64,000 nucleotides of DNA from Frankiales bacterium (GCA_025966315.1 JAOPUZ010000068.1:52834-116833); one strand, 5' to 3'. Positions 21,213 through 31,738 are shown, counted from the stretch's first letter. Made by a program: numbers and translations. Notes: generated from the letters alone by a model not told the origin.

Positions 21213-21312
21213 CACAGCCGACCGCCACGGCAAGGCCGTACCGGCTTCCGAGCCTTCCGAGCCGATTGCGGAGCCGGTAACACAGAATAGTCCGATTACG
21301 AAAGAGGAAACA

Positions 21313-22599
21313 GTGACAGAGGTGTCACGCCCCGACGGGGAGACCAACGGCGAGCAGGGTCCAGCGCGCCGGTCGAGGTTGACCCGCCGGGGCTTCCTCA
21401 CCGGCAGCGTTGGCGGACTGGCGGTGGCTGGCGCTTCGGCCGTACTGGTCGGTTGTGACGAGTCCAAGGCGGCCGCCCCCAAACCGGTCACGCAGGTGCC
21501 GTTCCGGGGTACCCACCAGGCTGGCATCGCCACGCCGGCGCAGGATCGGATGGCCTTCGCCGCCTTCGACGTGACCAGCACCCGCAAGCAGGACCTGATC
21601 GACCTGCTCCAGACCTGGACGGCCGCGGCCGAGAAGATGTGTGCCGGCCAACCCATCGGAACGGTCGGTGGGACGGGTGAGCAGGTACCGGCCGACACCG
21701 GTGAGGCCACCGGCCTGGACGCGGCCGATTTGACGATCACCATCGGGTTCGGACCCGGGCTGTTCGATAACCGGTTCGGATTGGCGGCTCGCAAGCCCGC
21801 CGCGCTCGAACCGTTGCCGAGCTTCGCCCGCGAAGTGATCGACCCCGACATCAGCGGTGGCGATATCTGTATTCAAGCGTGTGCCAACGACCCCCAGGTC
21901 GCCTTCCACGCCGTGCGCAACCTGAACCGTCTGGGGTTTGGCACGACCACGATGCGATGGTTCCAGCTGGGCTTCGGGCGTACCTCCTCGACGTCGTCCA
22001 GCCAGCAGACGCCACGCAACCTGCTCGGCTTCAAGGACGGCACGCGCAATGTCGTCAGCGAGGACGTGGACGCGATGAACGCCCACGTGTGGGTCAATGA
22101 GACCAGCGACCAGCAATGGCTGTCAGGTGGCAGTTACCTGGTGACGCGCAAGATTCGAATGGCGATCGAGGCCTGGGACCGGGATCGTATCGGCGATCAG
22201 CAGGACGTGATCGGCCGAACGAAGGTCGAGGGGGCTCCGCTGACCGGTACGAAAGAACACGACGAACCTGACTTGAACGCCAAGGGCAGCGATGGCCAGC
22301 CGGTCATACCGGTGGATGCGCACATCCGGCTGGCGGCCCCGGAATCCAACGCCGGAATGAAGATTTTACGTCGCGGTTACTCGTTCACCGACGGTGCCGA
22401 TCCGGTAACCGGGCAATTGGACGCCGGATTGTTCTTCATCTGCTTCCAATCAGATCCCCGGACCGGATTCATCCCGGTCCAGCGCAAGCTCGCCGCGGAC
22501 GGTCTGAACGAATACATCAAGCACGTATCGAGCGGTATCTTCGCGTGCCCGGCCGGCCTGGCCGACGGTGAGTACTGGGGCCAGCGCCTGCTTGCTTGA
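21313..22599 (+). CDS. efeB: Tat-exported DyP-type peroxidase / deferrochelatase EfeB
   Basis: Twin-arginine signal (RRSRLTRRGFLTG) and DyP core (GFKDGTRN, DAHIRLA). GTG 21313 follows AGAGGA. Confidence 0.9.
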   Translation: MTEVSRPDGETNGEQGPARRSRLTRRGFLTGSVGGLAVAGASAVLVGCDESKAAAPKPVTQVPFRGTHQAGIATPAQDRMAFAAFDVTSTRKQDLIDLLQTWTAAAEKMCAGQPIGTVGGTGEQVPADTGEATGLDAADLTITIGFGPGLFDNRFGLAARKPAALEPLPSFAREVIDPDISGGDICIQACANDPQVAFHAVRNLNRLGFGTTTMRWFQLGFGRTSSTSSSQQTPRNLLGFKDGTRNVVSEDVDAMNAHVWVNETSDQQWLSGGSYLVTRKIRMAIEAWDRDRIGDQQDVIGRTKVEGAPLTGTKEHDEPDLNAKGSDGQPVIPVDAHIRLAAPESNAGMKILRRGYSFTDGADPVTGQLDAGLFFICFQSDPRTGFIPVQRKLAADGLNEYIKHVSSGIFACPAGLADGEYWGQRLLA

Positions 22600-22642
22600 G
22601 CCACAGACGTCCACAACACCGGCACCACGCTGGGAAAATAAC

Positions 22643-22677
22643 GGTAGGCCCAGGATCTTTGCGATCCTGGGCCTACC
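22643..22677. terminator. bidirectional stem-loop terminator
   Basis: Perfect 15-bp inverted repeat GGTAGGCCCAGGATC/GATCCTGGGCCTACC with a 5-nt loop, between convergent efeB and the small Zn-ribbon gene. The minus-strand reading is followed by TTATTTT. Confidence 0.75.
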
Positions 22678-22694
22678 GTTGTCAGCTCTGCTGG

Positions 22695-22979
22695 TCAGGC
22701 TTCGATGCCTGCCGACGCCGCCGGTGTGGGCTGTGTTTCGTCCAGCCGTTCGGACTGGTCAGATATCACGGCGTCCAGTGCCTTGAGCTTGGGCGTGTAT
22801 TCGCGGCCGTGGTGAGCGCAGAATAAAAGCTCGTTACCGGCAGACATGGTCACGCGGACGTAGGCCTGCGCGCCACACCGGTCACAGCGGTCGACTGCGG
22901 TCAGTGGCTCAACGGTCAAGGTGCTGGTCACTGGTCCCTCGTTTCTGCGCAAATAGTTCTCGCGGTTACTCGACTTCAC
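22695..22979 (-). CDS. small conserved actinobacterial Zn-ribbon-like protein
   Basis: CDRCGAQA...FCAHHG gives a CxxC...CxxH arrangement. Alternative GTG start at 22931 follows GAGGGA and would give 78 aa. Confidence 0.7.
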   Translation of the reverse strand: MKSSNRENYLRRNEGPVTSTLTVEPLTAVDRCDRCGAQAYVRVTMSAGNELLFCAHHGREYTPKLKALDAVISDQSERLDETQPTPAASAGIEA

Positions 22980-23211
22980 GGATCACGCCTCTGAATGGTT
23001 CAGAGGCCTATCGTGTCCGCTCGATACATACAACCAGTTGAGGCGCGCCGACGTTCCCTATGGCCGCCGAATGAGAGCTATTTCGCGTCTGGCGAACACG
23101 AAATACGCCTGAAATGAAAAGGGTTCCGCAGCTGGCTGTATTCTTCGCCGCACGTAGAGTGCGGATCAGCTACGGCCAGCCGTCTGAGTAGCGGGCTGGG
23201 CACGGGCCGTG

Positions 23212-25014
23212 TCACATCAAACTCATCAAATGTTCCCGCCGCGCTTCGAGCAACTCGGCCGAGGCGGACGCGGATGCCGGGCCCGGGACGGCTGTCCGCA
23301 GCTGTGCGTGCACCGCACCGTGTGGCCGGCCCGACCTGGCGGCGAGCACCGCGACCATCCGATTGATCTCGCGCCGCAGTTCGGCCGCCGCACGCCACCC
23401 GACTGCGGCGGTGCCGGTCGATTCGGCGGCGGACGCTGATCCGGCGGGGTCGCCGCCGGTCGAATCGGCGGCCGACGACCCGAAACCGAGCATCTCGGCC
23501 GACTCGGACGCCGCAGTTTTACGGGCCCGGGCGCGTTTTCGCAGCTCGCCGTCGCGATGGGCGAGCAAATCTGCCGTTTGCTGGGGCGACAGCAATCCCG
23601 GCAGGCCCAGGAAGTCCTCGTCCGCCGGGTCGAATTCGGCAGCGGCGCCACCGCCGGTGACCGCACGCCCAGCGTGCAGCACGTGCGCAAACTGAGCTTC
23701 AGCTTCGAGGGCTTCCCATTCGGCGACGAGTTCGGACGCGGCCCGTTCAGGCTGTTCGGCCAAGTCATCGACCAGCTCGAGCGACTCGTCCGACGACGCC
23801 GGCGGCGGCAATACGTGATTTCGCTCGGATTCCAGTTCTGCCGCCAGCGCCAGCAACGGGCGCACCGCAGGTAGGAACACCGTCGCCGATTCGTGACGGC
23901 CACGTGCCCGGACAACCCGTCCGACCGCCTGGGCGAAGAACAGTGGGGTGCGATAGCTGGTCAGCCAGGCCAAGCAGGCCGCTCGGGGCACGTCGACACC
24001 CTCGGACACCATCCGTACGCACACCGCGATCCGCGCGCCGCCTTGGGCGAACTCGCTGATCTTCGCGCTCGCTTTCGGGTCATCGGACAGGATCAGATAC
24101 GGCCGCTCGCCGGTGACCTCCTCGACGATGCGGGCGTAGGCCCGCGCGTCGTCCTGATCCGAGGCGAGAACCAGGCCGGCCGCATCGGGGATTCCCGATT
24201 CGCGCAGGTGATCCAGTCGGTCGTCCATGGCGGCGATCACGTGCCCCACCCAGTCGCCCCGCGGGTCGAGCGCCGTCCGCCAGGCGGCCTGCTCCGTTGA
24301 CTTCGTGCCGGCTTCGGTCAACGAGGCGGCGATCACCTCGCCGGCCGAATTCCGCCAGCGGCTCGTACCGGTGTAGGCCGCGAACACCACCGGGCGGACG
24401 ACATGGTCGCGCAAAGCGTCGCGGTAGCCGTAGCTGTAGTCCGCGGTCGAGATCAAGCCGCCCGGCCCATCTGTGGCGTCCGGTTCGTAGCGCACGAACG
24501 GGATCCGCTCGTCGACCCTGGTGCGGAACGGTGTCCCGGTCAGGCATAACCGGCGGGCCGCGTCGTCGAAGGCCAGCGACACGGCCTCACCCCAGGACAG
24601 CCCGTCCGCGGCGTGGTGGATCTCGTCGAAGATAACCAGCGAACGGCGCGCGGTGGCCCGGGCCTGATGCAGGTTCGGCTTGCCCGCAACTTGTGCGTAC
24701 GTCGTGACGTAACCGTGCAGGTCCGGCGGGACGGGCCCGACCGCATTGCTCAGCGTGGGATCGAGCAGGACACCGAAGGATTCAGCCGCCTCGGCCCACT
24801 GGGTACGCAGATGGTCGGTGGGAGCGACGACGATGATTCGATCGACCGCACGCCGTTCGATGAGCTCGACCGCGGCGGCCAACGCGAATGTGGTCTTGCC
24901 TGCGCCCGGCGTCGCGGTGACGAGGAAGTCGCGTCGCGGCTCGGCGTGATACTTCTGCAGCGCCGCCACCTGCCAGCTCCGCAGCCGCGCGGAACCGGTG
25001 CGGCGTGTCACCAC
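23212..25014 (-). CDS. DEAD/DEAH-box (SF2, type III restriction Res-like) helicase
   Basis: Walker A TPGAGKT, motif II DEIHH, a helicase C domain, and a roughly 180-aa low-complexity C-terminal tail. Confidence 0.85.
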   Translation of the reverse strand: MVTRRTGSARLRSWQVAALQKYHAEPRRDFLVTATPGAGKTTFALAAAVELIERRAVDRIIVVAPTDHLRTQWAEAAESFGVLLDPTLSNAVGPVPPDLHGYVTTYAQVAGKPNLHQARATARRSLVIFDEIHHAADGLSWGEAVSLAFDDAARRLCLTGTPFRTRVDERIPFVRYEPDATDGPGGLISTADYSYGYRDALRDHVVRPVVFAAYTGTSRWRNSAGEVIAASLTEAGTKSTEQAAWRTALDPRGDWVGHVIAAMDDRLDHLRESGIPDAAGLVLASDQDDARAYARIVEEVTGERPYLILSDDPKASAKISEFAQGGARIAVCVRMVSEGVDVPRAACLAWLTSYRTPLFFAQAVGRVVRARGRHESATVFLPAVRPLLALAAELESERNHVLPPPASSDESLELVDDLAEQPERAASELVAEWEALEAEAQFAHVLHAGRAVTGGGAAAEFDPADEDFLGLPGLLSPQQTADLLAHRDGELRKRARARKTAASESAEMLGFGSSAADSTGGDPAGSASAAESTGTAAVGWRAAAELRREINRMVAVLAARSGRPHGAVHAQLRTAVPGPASASASAELLEARREHLMSLM

Positions 25015-25240
25015 TCGACGCCGCTCCTCTCGTTCACCGACCTGCTCAGCTGACTTCCTGCTTTGGCGACAAGATTAACCGCTGCCACCGACGACCCTGA
25101 ACCGGCGAGGCGGACCGGCCCGGCGGGTGCCCGAGCGACCGCCGGGTTCGCCCGCGGCCGGGCATCAGTACCGACACTTCTTGGTCTTGCGGCGTGTCCC
25201 GATGGGCGGCGCTCATTCGCAGTAGGCAGACTGCTCAACT

Positions 25241-26197
25241 GTGATCAGCCGGCGCGGTGCTTTAACGGTGCTGCGCCGTACCATCTCCAAGGCCTGGAAC
25301 GATCGAATCCTCGGCCTGTCCGCCGAGGCGGCGTTCTGGCAATTGCTGTCGTTGCCCTCGCTGTTCCTGGGCTTGCTGGCCGCCCTGGGTTATTTCTCGG
25401 ACTTGGCCGGCGCCGGCACGGTCGACCGGGTGCAGGCCAACCTGTTGAACGGATTCTCCCGCGCGTTCAGCGCCGAGGTCGTCGACCAGCTGGTGGCCCC
25501 AGTGGTGACCCAGGTTCTGAAAGAAGGCCGGGCCGACGTCATCTCGGTGAGCTTCGTGCTGGCCCTCTGGGCCGGCAGCTCCGCGACCGCGACCTTCGTC
25601 AACACGATCACGATCGCTTACGGCATGCGCGACCTGCGTGGTGCGGTGCGGAGTCGGCTGCTGGCCCTGGGGATCTATCTGACTTCGATCCTGGTCGGCG
25701 TCGTCGTACTACCGGCACTGGTGCTGGGACCGACCGTGCTTCCCAAGCTGTTCCCGGTCAGCGCACGGCACCTGGCCGACGACGTCATCCAGGACGCCTA
25801 CTGGCCGGTGGTCATCATCATGCTGCTGCTCGGTCTGACGAGCCTGTACCACCTGGCCCCGCCGCGCCGGCTGCCGTGGCGGCGTGGCGTTCCCGGCGCG
25901 GTCCTGGCCATGGTCATCTTCTTGCTCGGTTCAGCCGGCCTGCGTTACTACATTGCCTTCATCGTGGCGCACAACCATGCTTACGGCACCCTCGCGGCGC
26001 CGATCGCCGCGCTGTTGTTCTTCTACCTGCTGGCCTTCGGGGTACTGCTCGGCGCGGAGTTCAATGCCGCTATGGAGCAAGCCGCGCCGAGTCGGCCGCG
26101 CCGTCCAAAGTCGGGCCGCTGGCAGTCCGTTGATGACGAGCCGAGCACGACCGCCGAGCGGGACGGGCCAAGCGTCGAGGATCCGCCGGCGACGTGA
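25241..26197 (+). CDS. YihY/BrkB-family membrane protein
   Basis: GLSAEAAFWQLLSLPS start of the family domain, 6 TM helices, and LLAFGVLLGAEFNA near the C-terminus. Confidence 0.85.
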   Translation: MISRRGALTVLRRTISKAWNDRILGLSAEAAFWQLLSLPSLFLGLLAALGYFSDLAGAGTVDRVQANLLNGFSRAFSAEVVDQLVAPVVTQVLKEGRADVISVSFVLALWAGSSATATFVNTITIAYGMRDLRGAVRSRLLALGIYLTSILVGVVVLPALVLGPTVLPKLFPVSARHLADDVIQDAYWPVVIIMLLLGLTSLYHLAPPRRLPWRRGVPGAVLAMVIFLLGSAGLRYYIAFIVAHNHAYGTLAAPIAALLFFYLLAFGVLLGAEFNAAMEQAAPSRPRRPKSGRWQSVDDEPSTTAERDGPSVEDPPAT

Positions 26198-26201
26198 CCG
26201 C

Positions 26202-26462
26202 TCAGTTGCCGCCGGTCGGCATCGACTCGTAGATCTCTTTGCATTGGCCGCATACCGGTGATCCGGGTTTGGGCGTGCGAGTCACCGGGAACACCTCGCC
26301 GCACAGGGCCTGCACCATGCTGCCCAGCACCGCGCTCTCGGCGATCTTGTCCTTCTTCACGTAATGAAAAACCTGATCGCCCGTTTCGGCATCGGCGGTC
26401 TGGGGAGCGTCCAGAGTCTGGGTGGTCACAGTTACCAATTGTGCCAGCTGATCGGGCCGCAC
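26202..26462 (-). CDS. DUF3039-like protein
   Basis: FHYVKKDKIAESAVLG...ALCGEVFPV...VCGQCKEIY matches the conserved family pattern as I recall it. Confidence 0.8.
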   Translation of the reverse strand: MRPDQLAQLVTVTTQTLDAPQTADAETGDQVFHYVKKDKIAESAVLGSMVQALCGEVFPVTRTPKPGSPVCGQCKEIYESMPTGGN

Positions 26463-26480
26463 GACAGGTCGCGCGCGGGT

Positions 26481-26909
26481 TCAGAGGTCGATGATCGTGG
26501 GCTTGCGGTCGGGATCGGGGGCCGCCGCCGGGGCCGGATGTCCGTCGGCGTTACCTGGCGTCGCGCCGGGTCCGGCCGCATCCTCGGTCCGTCCCGCCGG
26601 TTCGCTGGCCGACAGCTCATGCTGGCTGCGGTTGGGCGTGAGAAACCGCCGGAAGCGAACCGCCTCTTTCGGGGCCCGATCGTTGGCGATCAGCACGGCG
26701 ACCCACGGCAGGATCAAGGCCGCGATGACGAAGGCGGCCGCCAGCCACCCGGAAATCTGGAAAGTGGACGCCGCGCCGATGATGCACACCGCGCGGGTGA
26801 GCATCATGATCAAGTACTTTTTGCGCCGGGCGTTGAAGTCGTCGTCCAGGCTCCGCCTGGCTTCGGTGATCAGAACCGGGTCTTCGAGGTGGTGCCGCAG
26901 CGGACGCAC
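26481..26909 (-). CDS. DUF3099-like membrane protein
   Basis: RRKKYLIMMLTRAVCII followed by two TM helices. GTG 26909 is preferred because ATG 26966 would overlap the divergent hydrolase start. Confidence 0.7.
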   Translation of the reverse strand: MRPLRHHLEDPVLITEARRSLDDDFNARRKKYLIMMLTRAVCIIGAASTFQISGWLAAAFVIAALILPWVAVLIANDRAPKEAVRFRRFLTPNRSQHELSASEPAGRTEDAAGPGATPGNADGHPAPAAAPDPDRKPTIIDL

Positions 26910-26943
26910 CTGCCCATCGTGCCACTTGCACAGCTGGTGCACG

Positions 26944-27783
26944 ATGTCATCTGTGCCCCGTCCCATGGTGGTCTTGTTGCATGGACAGCCGGATTCGTCG
27001 GCGTCGCTGCTGACCTTGCGGCGGATGTTGCGTGCCCGGCTGGACTCGGTGGTGCAAGTGATCTGCCCGGACCGTCCCGGCTACGGTGCGAATCCGTCGC
27101 CCGCCGGTGACTTCGACGCCAATGTGCAATGGCTCACGTCGGTGCTGGCCCGGGGGTCCGGCGGCCCAGTGGTACTCGTCGGGCACAGCTGGGCGGGCGG
27201 CATTGCCATCCTGGCGTCCCACTTGCCGAACGTCGTCGGCATCACGCTGATCTCGTCGGTCGGACCGGACTGCCTGCTGCCGATCGAGTCATTGCTGGCC
27301 TGGCCGGGCTTCGGTGAGGTGGCGGCGCTGGCATCATTGCGAGCCGGCCAACCGCTCGTCCACCGCCGGGCCGCGAACATCATCCGCGGGCGGCTTGCGG
27401 ATGAGGACCTGCCGTACGCCTGGACCAGCGGCAGCGCGATGTTGCACCGGCCGGTATGGCGAAGTTTCCTCACCGAGCAACGCGCTCTGGTGCATGATCT
27501 GCCCGCGATTTCAGCCGCGCTGCCGGGCGTGCCGGTGCCGACGTTGATCATCTCGGGACGCCAGGACTCGCTCATCCCCCGGCACACCTACGAGCAGCTG
27601 GCCAGCGGGCTGGGTACCGGCGGCGCCGATCGCGACGTTCGCTGGGTCGAGATCGACGGTGGCCACGACCTGCCGCTGCGGCAACCGGTCAGCGTGGCCG
27701 AGCTGACGACCTCGCTGGCGGCTCGGGTGCTGTCGTCGGCTGCTTCGCCGGCCCAGGCCTCGGCTCCGGGCACGACGGTGTGA
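26944..27783 (+). CDS. alpha/beta hydrolase
   Basis: VVLLHGQP oxyanion region and GHSWAG nucleophile elbow. The upstream 150 codons of ORF 26491-27783 are antisense to the DUF3099 gene. Confidence 0.85.
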   Translation: MSSVPRPMVVLLHGQPDSSASLLTLRRMLRARLDSVVQVICPDRPGYGANPSPAGDFDANVQWLTSVLARGSGGPVVLVGHSWAGGIAILASHLPNVVGITLISSVGPDCLLPIESLLAWPGFGEVAALASLRAGQPLVHRRAANIIRGRLADEDLPYAWTSGSAMLHRPVWRSFLTEQRALVHDLPAISAALPGVPVPTLIISGRQDSLIPRHTYEQLASGLGTGGADRDVRWVEIDGGHDLPLRQPVSVAELTTSLAARVLSSAASPAQASAPGTTV

Positions 27784-29309
27784 TCGCGTCGTGGCGCGGT
27801 GCGAGCTTGTCCCGGCTGCGAGAGGCGTTGCGCTCGGGTTTCACCGCCGATCAGGTCGCCGAGACCTTGGGGTTGGCCGGCGAGGCCCTGCTGAGCCGCG
27901 GCGATCTGGTCGGTGTCCGCCGGCTACTCACCGCCACCACCGGCACCACCACCGGCACCTGGCTGCGACTGTTCGTGCTGGGCGAGCCCGTGTCGACGGC
28001 GGCGGCAGTGGCGGCGCTCAGCCCGTTCACGCTGGCCGAGGCGCTGACACCGGGCCCGTCGTTGCCGGCGCTGCTTCGCCGCTGCGGGACGGACGGGGTG
28101 CGGGCCGGCCTGGATCTGCGTCCCTACCGTGAGGCGGCCGGACCGGATTGGTGGATCCTGTCCGACCTCGGCTCGGACGTCTCCGGTCAGCCGGTCGATG
28201 CCGATCACGTGCTGGGCGTCGGCCAGGCCGCGACCACTCTGGCCCAGGCGACGGTTCGGGCCCCGGTCCGGCGCGCGCTCGACGTCGGCACCGGCTGCGG
28301 GGTACAGGCACTGCACCTTGGCCGGCACGCCGAGTCCGTCGTGGCGACTGATCTGAGCGAACGGGCGTTGGCCATGGCCGCCACGACCGCGGCCTTGAAC
28401 GGCCTCGATTGGGACCTGCGCCAGGGATCGCTGCTGGATCCAGTGGCCGGCGAGGAATTCGACCTCATTGTGTGCAATCCGCCGTTCATCGTGGGTCCCG
28501 GCTTCACCCCGTCCACGGGTGGCTACACCTACCGTGACGGCGGGCTGAGCGGGGACGAACTGTGCCGCCGGCTGGTTGGCGACCTGCCGGCCCGGCTGGC
28601 ACCGGGCGGCACGGCCCAGTTGCTGGCCAATTGGTGCATCACCGCCGAGGGTTCGTGGCCGGAGCGCATCGGGGGCTGGCTGGGCGGCTCAGGCTGCGAT
28701 GCCTGGGTGTGGCAGCGCGAGGTCGCCGACCCGGCGGAGTACGTGACCATGTGGTTGCGGGACTCGGGTCGCGCTCCCGCTGACCCGGATTGGCCCGAAC
28801 GCTACGACGACTGGCTGGGCTGGTTCGAGCGGGCGGGGGTCCTCGGTGTCGGCATGGGGATGCTCAACCTGCGTCGGACGGACTCAGCCACGCCGGTCGT
28901 GCTGTGCGAGGACGTGCCCCAAGCGATGGAGCAGCCCGTCGGCGGCGACGTGAACGGCTGGTTCGAACGCCAGCGTTGGCTTCGCTCCCACGGTGAGGAC
29001 GCCCTGCGGTCGAGCCGGCTGGTGGTCGCCGCGGATCTGGTGTCGGAAGTCCGCTCGCTGGCCGGCCCGGACGGCTGGGTCGCGGCGCGGTCGGTGTTGC
29101 GCCAGTCGCACGGTTTGCGGTGGGAGATCGAGACCGACGCGGCGGTGTCCGGACTGGTGGGTGCCTGTGACGGGCATCGTCCGCTCGGCCTGCTCGTCGA
29201 CGTGCTAGCGGGGGCACGTGGACTTGATCCGACCGAGCTCTGGCGAGATCTTCGGCCGGTCGTGCTCGACCTACTGAGCCGTGGCGTGCTGCTGCCGCCC
29301 GGCGAATGA
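27780..29309 (+). CDS. class I SAM-dependent methyltransferase (N6-adenine/N5-glutamine type NPPF motif) with extra N- and C-domains
   Basis: [16 protein letters not shown] motif and VCNPPFI catalytic motif. GTGA overlap with the hydrolase stop. Confidence 0.8.
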   Translation: MIASWRGASLSRLREALRSGFTADQVAETLGLAGEALLSRGDLVGVRRLLTATTGTTTGTWLRLFVLGEPVSTAAAVAALSPFTLAEALTPGPSLPALLRRCGTDGVRAGLDLRPYREAAGPDWWILSDLGSDVSGQPVDADHVLGVGQAATTLAQATVRAPVRRALDVGTGCGVQALHLGRHAESVVATDLSERALAMAATTAALNGLDWDLRQGSLLDPVAGEEFDLIVCNPPFIVGPGFTPSTGGYTYRDGGLSGDELCRRLVGDLPARLAPGGTAQLLANWCITAEGSWPERIGGWLGGSGCDAWVWQREVADPAEYVTMWLRDSGRAPADPDWPERYDDWLGWFERAGVLGVGMGMLNLRRTDSATPVVLCEDVPQAMEQPVGGDVNGWFERQRWLRSHGEDALRSSRLVVAADLVSEVRSLAGPDGWVAARSVLRQSHGLRWEIETDAAVSGLVGACDGHRPLGLLVDVLAGARGLDPTELWRDLRPVVLDLLSRGVLLPPGE

Positions 29310-29381
29310 CGGCCGACCTGACGCCACCAACCTGGCGCCGCCGCGGAGCCGATCGCTCAAAGCCGGCGCACAGCCAATCCG

Positions 29382-29406
29382 GGAACAACGTCAGCGCCGA
29401 ATCGTT
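29382..29406 (+). promoter_or_regulatory. ECF (SigE/SigH-type) promoter candidate upstream of the sigB-like gene
   Basis: GGAAC-N17-cGTT at 29382-29406, about 50 bp upstream of the proposed GTG start. Confidence 0.45.
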
Positions 29407-29454
29407 GTAAAGATTGGGACAACATCACCCCGGACCAAGCGGACGGATATCGAC

Positions 29455-30657
29455 GTGACGCAGCCAGCTACTTCCCCTTCTACAACCCCGACCAAGCGCC
29501 GTAACCCGGCCTCGCGGGCGTTGCCGGGTCACCGGTCGGCCCGCAAGACCCCGTCGTCGAAGACCACCGAATCGAAGAACACCGAATTGATCACTGCCAG
29601 CACCAGCGCGTCGGCCACCATCGAGCCGGCAATCGAAGAACTTTCCGACCAGAGCGCAGCCAGCCTGTCCGAGACCGCGCTCAGCGTAGCCACCACTGAA
29701 GAAGAAAACCCGGTCGAGGCCACGGCCGACCTGGACGAGGTAGTCCAGGCTGCTGATTTGGTCCGGTCGTACCTGAACGAGATCGGCAAGGTATCGCTGC
29801 TGTCGGCGGTCGAAGAAGTCGAACTGTCCAAGCGAATCGAGGCCGGTCTCTACGCCTCACATCTGCTCACGACGAGCAAGCGACTGCCCGTCGCGCGTCG
29901 CCGCGAACTTCAGGCGCTTGCCGCTGACGGCGAGTCCGCCAAGGATCTGCTGTTGCGGGCGAACCTGCGACTCGTGGTGTCCCTGGCCAAGCGCTACACC
30001 GGCCGCGGCATGCCGTTCCTGGATCTCATCCAAGAGGGCAACCTTGGTTTGATCCGGGCCGTGGAAAAGTTCGACTACACCAAGGGTTTCAAGTTCTCGA
30101 CTTATGCGACGTGGTGGATCCGGCAGGCAATCAGCCGCGCGATGGCCGACCAGTCCCGCACCATCCGGCTGCCGGTTCACCTCGTCGAGCAGATCAACAA
30201 GATGCAGCGGATGCGCCGCGAGCTCGGTCAGACCCTGGGTCGCGACGCGACCGACGAGGAGCTGGCCAAGGAACTGGACATCGAGGTCGACCGGTTGGCC
30301 GAACTCGTCGACCATGCCCGCGACCTGGTGAGCCTGGATCAAACCGTCGGTACCGAAGAGGATTCCTCGCTCGGTGACTTCATTGCTGATGCAGATGCGA
30401 CCAAGCCGACCGAGGCCGTCGAATTCGATCTGATGCGGCGCCAGCTGAGTGAGGTCCTCGATTCGCTCGAGCCGCGCGAGGCCGCCGTGGTTCGGCTGCG
30501 GTACGGCCTGGCCGACGGTAACCCGCATACGTTGGACGACATCGCGAAGAAGTTCAGCCTTTCGCGGGAGCGCATTCGCCAGATCGAGCGTGAGACCATG
30601 GCGAAACTGCGTCACCCGTCGCGAGCCCAGGTGCTCCGCGACTACCTGGACGACTGA
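29455..30657 (+). CDS. sigB: group 2 (principal-like) sigma-70 factor
   Basis: Regions 1.2-4.2 are almost identical in pattern to sigA ([43 protein letters not shown]). Ser/Thr/Glu-rich N-terminus. It sits upstream of ideR as in mycobacteria. Start is approximate. Confidence 0.85.
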   Translation: MTQPATSPSTTPTKRRNPASRALPGHRSARKTPSSKTTESKNTELITASTSASATIEPAIEELSDQSAASLSETALSVATTEEENPVEATADLDEVVQAADLVRSYLNEIGKVSLLSAVEEVELSKRIEAGLYASHLLTTSKRLPVARRRELQALAADGESAKDLLLRANLRLVVSLAKRYTGRGMPFLDLIQEGNLGLIRAVEKFDYTKGFKFSTYATWWIRQAISRAMADQSRTIRLPVHLVEQINKMQRMRRELGQTLGRDATDEELAKELDIEVDRLAELVDHARDLVSLDQTVGTEEDSSLGDFIADADATKPTEAVEFDLMRRQLSEVLDSLEPREAAVVRLRYGLADGNPHTLDDIAKKFSLSRERIRQIERETMAKLRHPSRAQVLRDYLDD

Positions 30658-30685
30658 CCTTCCCCGCTTTACGCTCGTACGCACC

Positions 30686-31738
30686 ATGGACCCGGTAGCT
30701 GCGTTGCGTCGGATTGCGTTCCTGCTGGAACGGAGTCAGGCGCCCAGCTACCGGGTCAAAGCATTTCGGACCGCCGCGGCGGTAGTGCTGGCCGAGGGCG
30801 AGAACATCGCCCGACGGGCCGCTACCGGCACGCTGCAGGAGCTCACCGGGATCGGGGCCGTGACGGCCGAGGTGATCGCCGAGGCGGTGGCCGGCAAACA
30901 GCCCGAATACCTGCGCAAGCTGGCGGACGAGCCCTACGAACCGGTGTCGCTAAGCCCGGAGGTGCTGCAGTTGCTGGCTGCCGTGCGAGGTGACCTGCAC
31001 AGCCATTCGGACTGGAGCGACGGTGGTAGCCCGATTGCCGAGATGGCGTTCACCGCCGCCGAATTGGGGCGCGAGTACCTGGCGCTGACCGACCACTCCC
31101 CCCGGTTGACGGTTGCTCGCGGCCTGACCGCGGACCGGCTGCGCGAGCAACTCGACATTGTGCGTGCGGTATCCACGCAGCTCGAAGGTTTCACATTGCT
31201 GTCCGGGATCGAGGTCGACATCCTCGACGACGGATCATTGGACCAGCAGGCGGAGTTGCTGTCCGAACTGGATGTCGTCGTGGCGTCGGTGCATTCGAAG
31301 CTAGCCATGGAGCCCGCGGCCATGACGCGACGGATGATCCGTGCCGTGCAGGACGAGCACACGAATATTCTCGGCCACTGCACAGGCCGGCTACTCGGCG
31401 GCAAGAAGCGGGCACAGAGCACGTTCGACGCGGCCAGTGTCTTTGCCGAATGCGCGAAACAGGGCGTTGCGGTTGAGATCAACTGTCGTCCTGAACGGCT
31501 CGATCCCCCTGAGGAGCTGCTGCGGCTGGCGGTCGAACTCGGCTGTCTGTTCAGCCTCGACACCGACTCGCATGCGCCCGGTCAGCTCGACTGGCTACGC
31601 TTCGGGGCCGCACGCGCCGTCGAGTGCGCGGTGCCGGTCGAGCGAATCGTCAATACCTGGTCGTTGTCAGAACTCAAGTCCTGGGCCGGCGAGTCCCGCT
31701 CTGCTAGCCGCTCGCGATCGGCCGGCTGGGATCGGTGA
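30686..31738 (+). CDS. PHP-domain phosphoesterase with N-terminal helix-hairpin-helix region (PolX C-terminal-like)
   Basis: LTGIGAVTAEVI (HhH) and GDLHSHSDWSDG, LTDHS, SVHS metal-binding motifs of the PHP fold. Confidence 0.8.
   Translation: MDPVAALRRIAFLLERSQAPSYRVKAFRTAAAVVLAEGENIARRAATGTLQELTGIGAVTAEVIAEAVAGKQPEYLRKLADEPYEPVSLSPEVLQLLAAVRGDLHSHSDWSDGGSPIAEMAFTAAELGREYLALTDHSPRLTVARGLTADRLREQLDIVRAVSTQLEGFTLLSGIEVDILDDGSLDQQAELLSELDVVVASVHSKLAMEPAAMTRRMIRAVQDEHTNILGHCTGRLLGGKKRAQSTFDAASVFAECAKQGVAVEINCRPERLDPPEELLRLAVELGCLFSLDTDSHAPGQLDWLRFGAARAVECAVPVERIVNTWSLSELKSWAGESRSASRSRSAGWDR

Noticed and set aside
26491-27783. 430-aa ORF as a long hydrolase. The same issue applies to 6469-7497 as a 342-aa protein.
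   Set aside because: The N-terminal portions are antisense to the DUF3099 gene and to dut respectively. Internal starts (26944 and 7015) give proteins of family-typical length.
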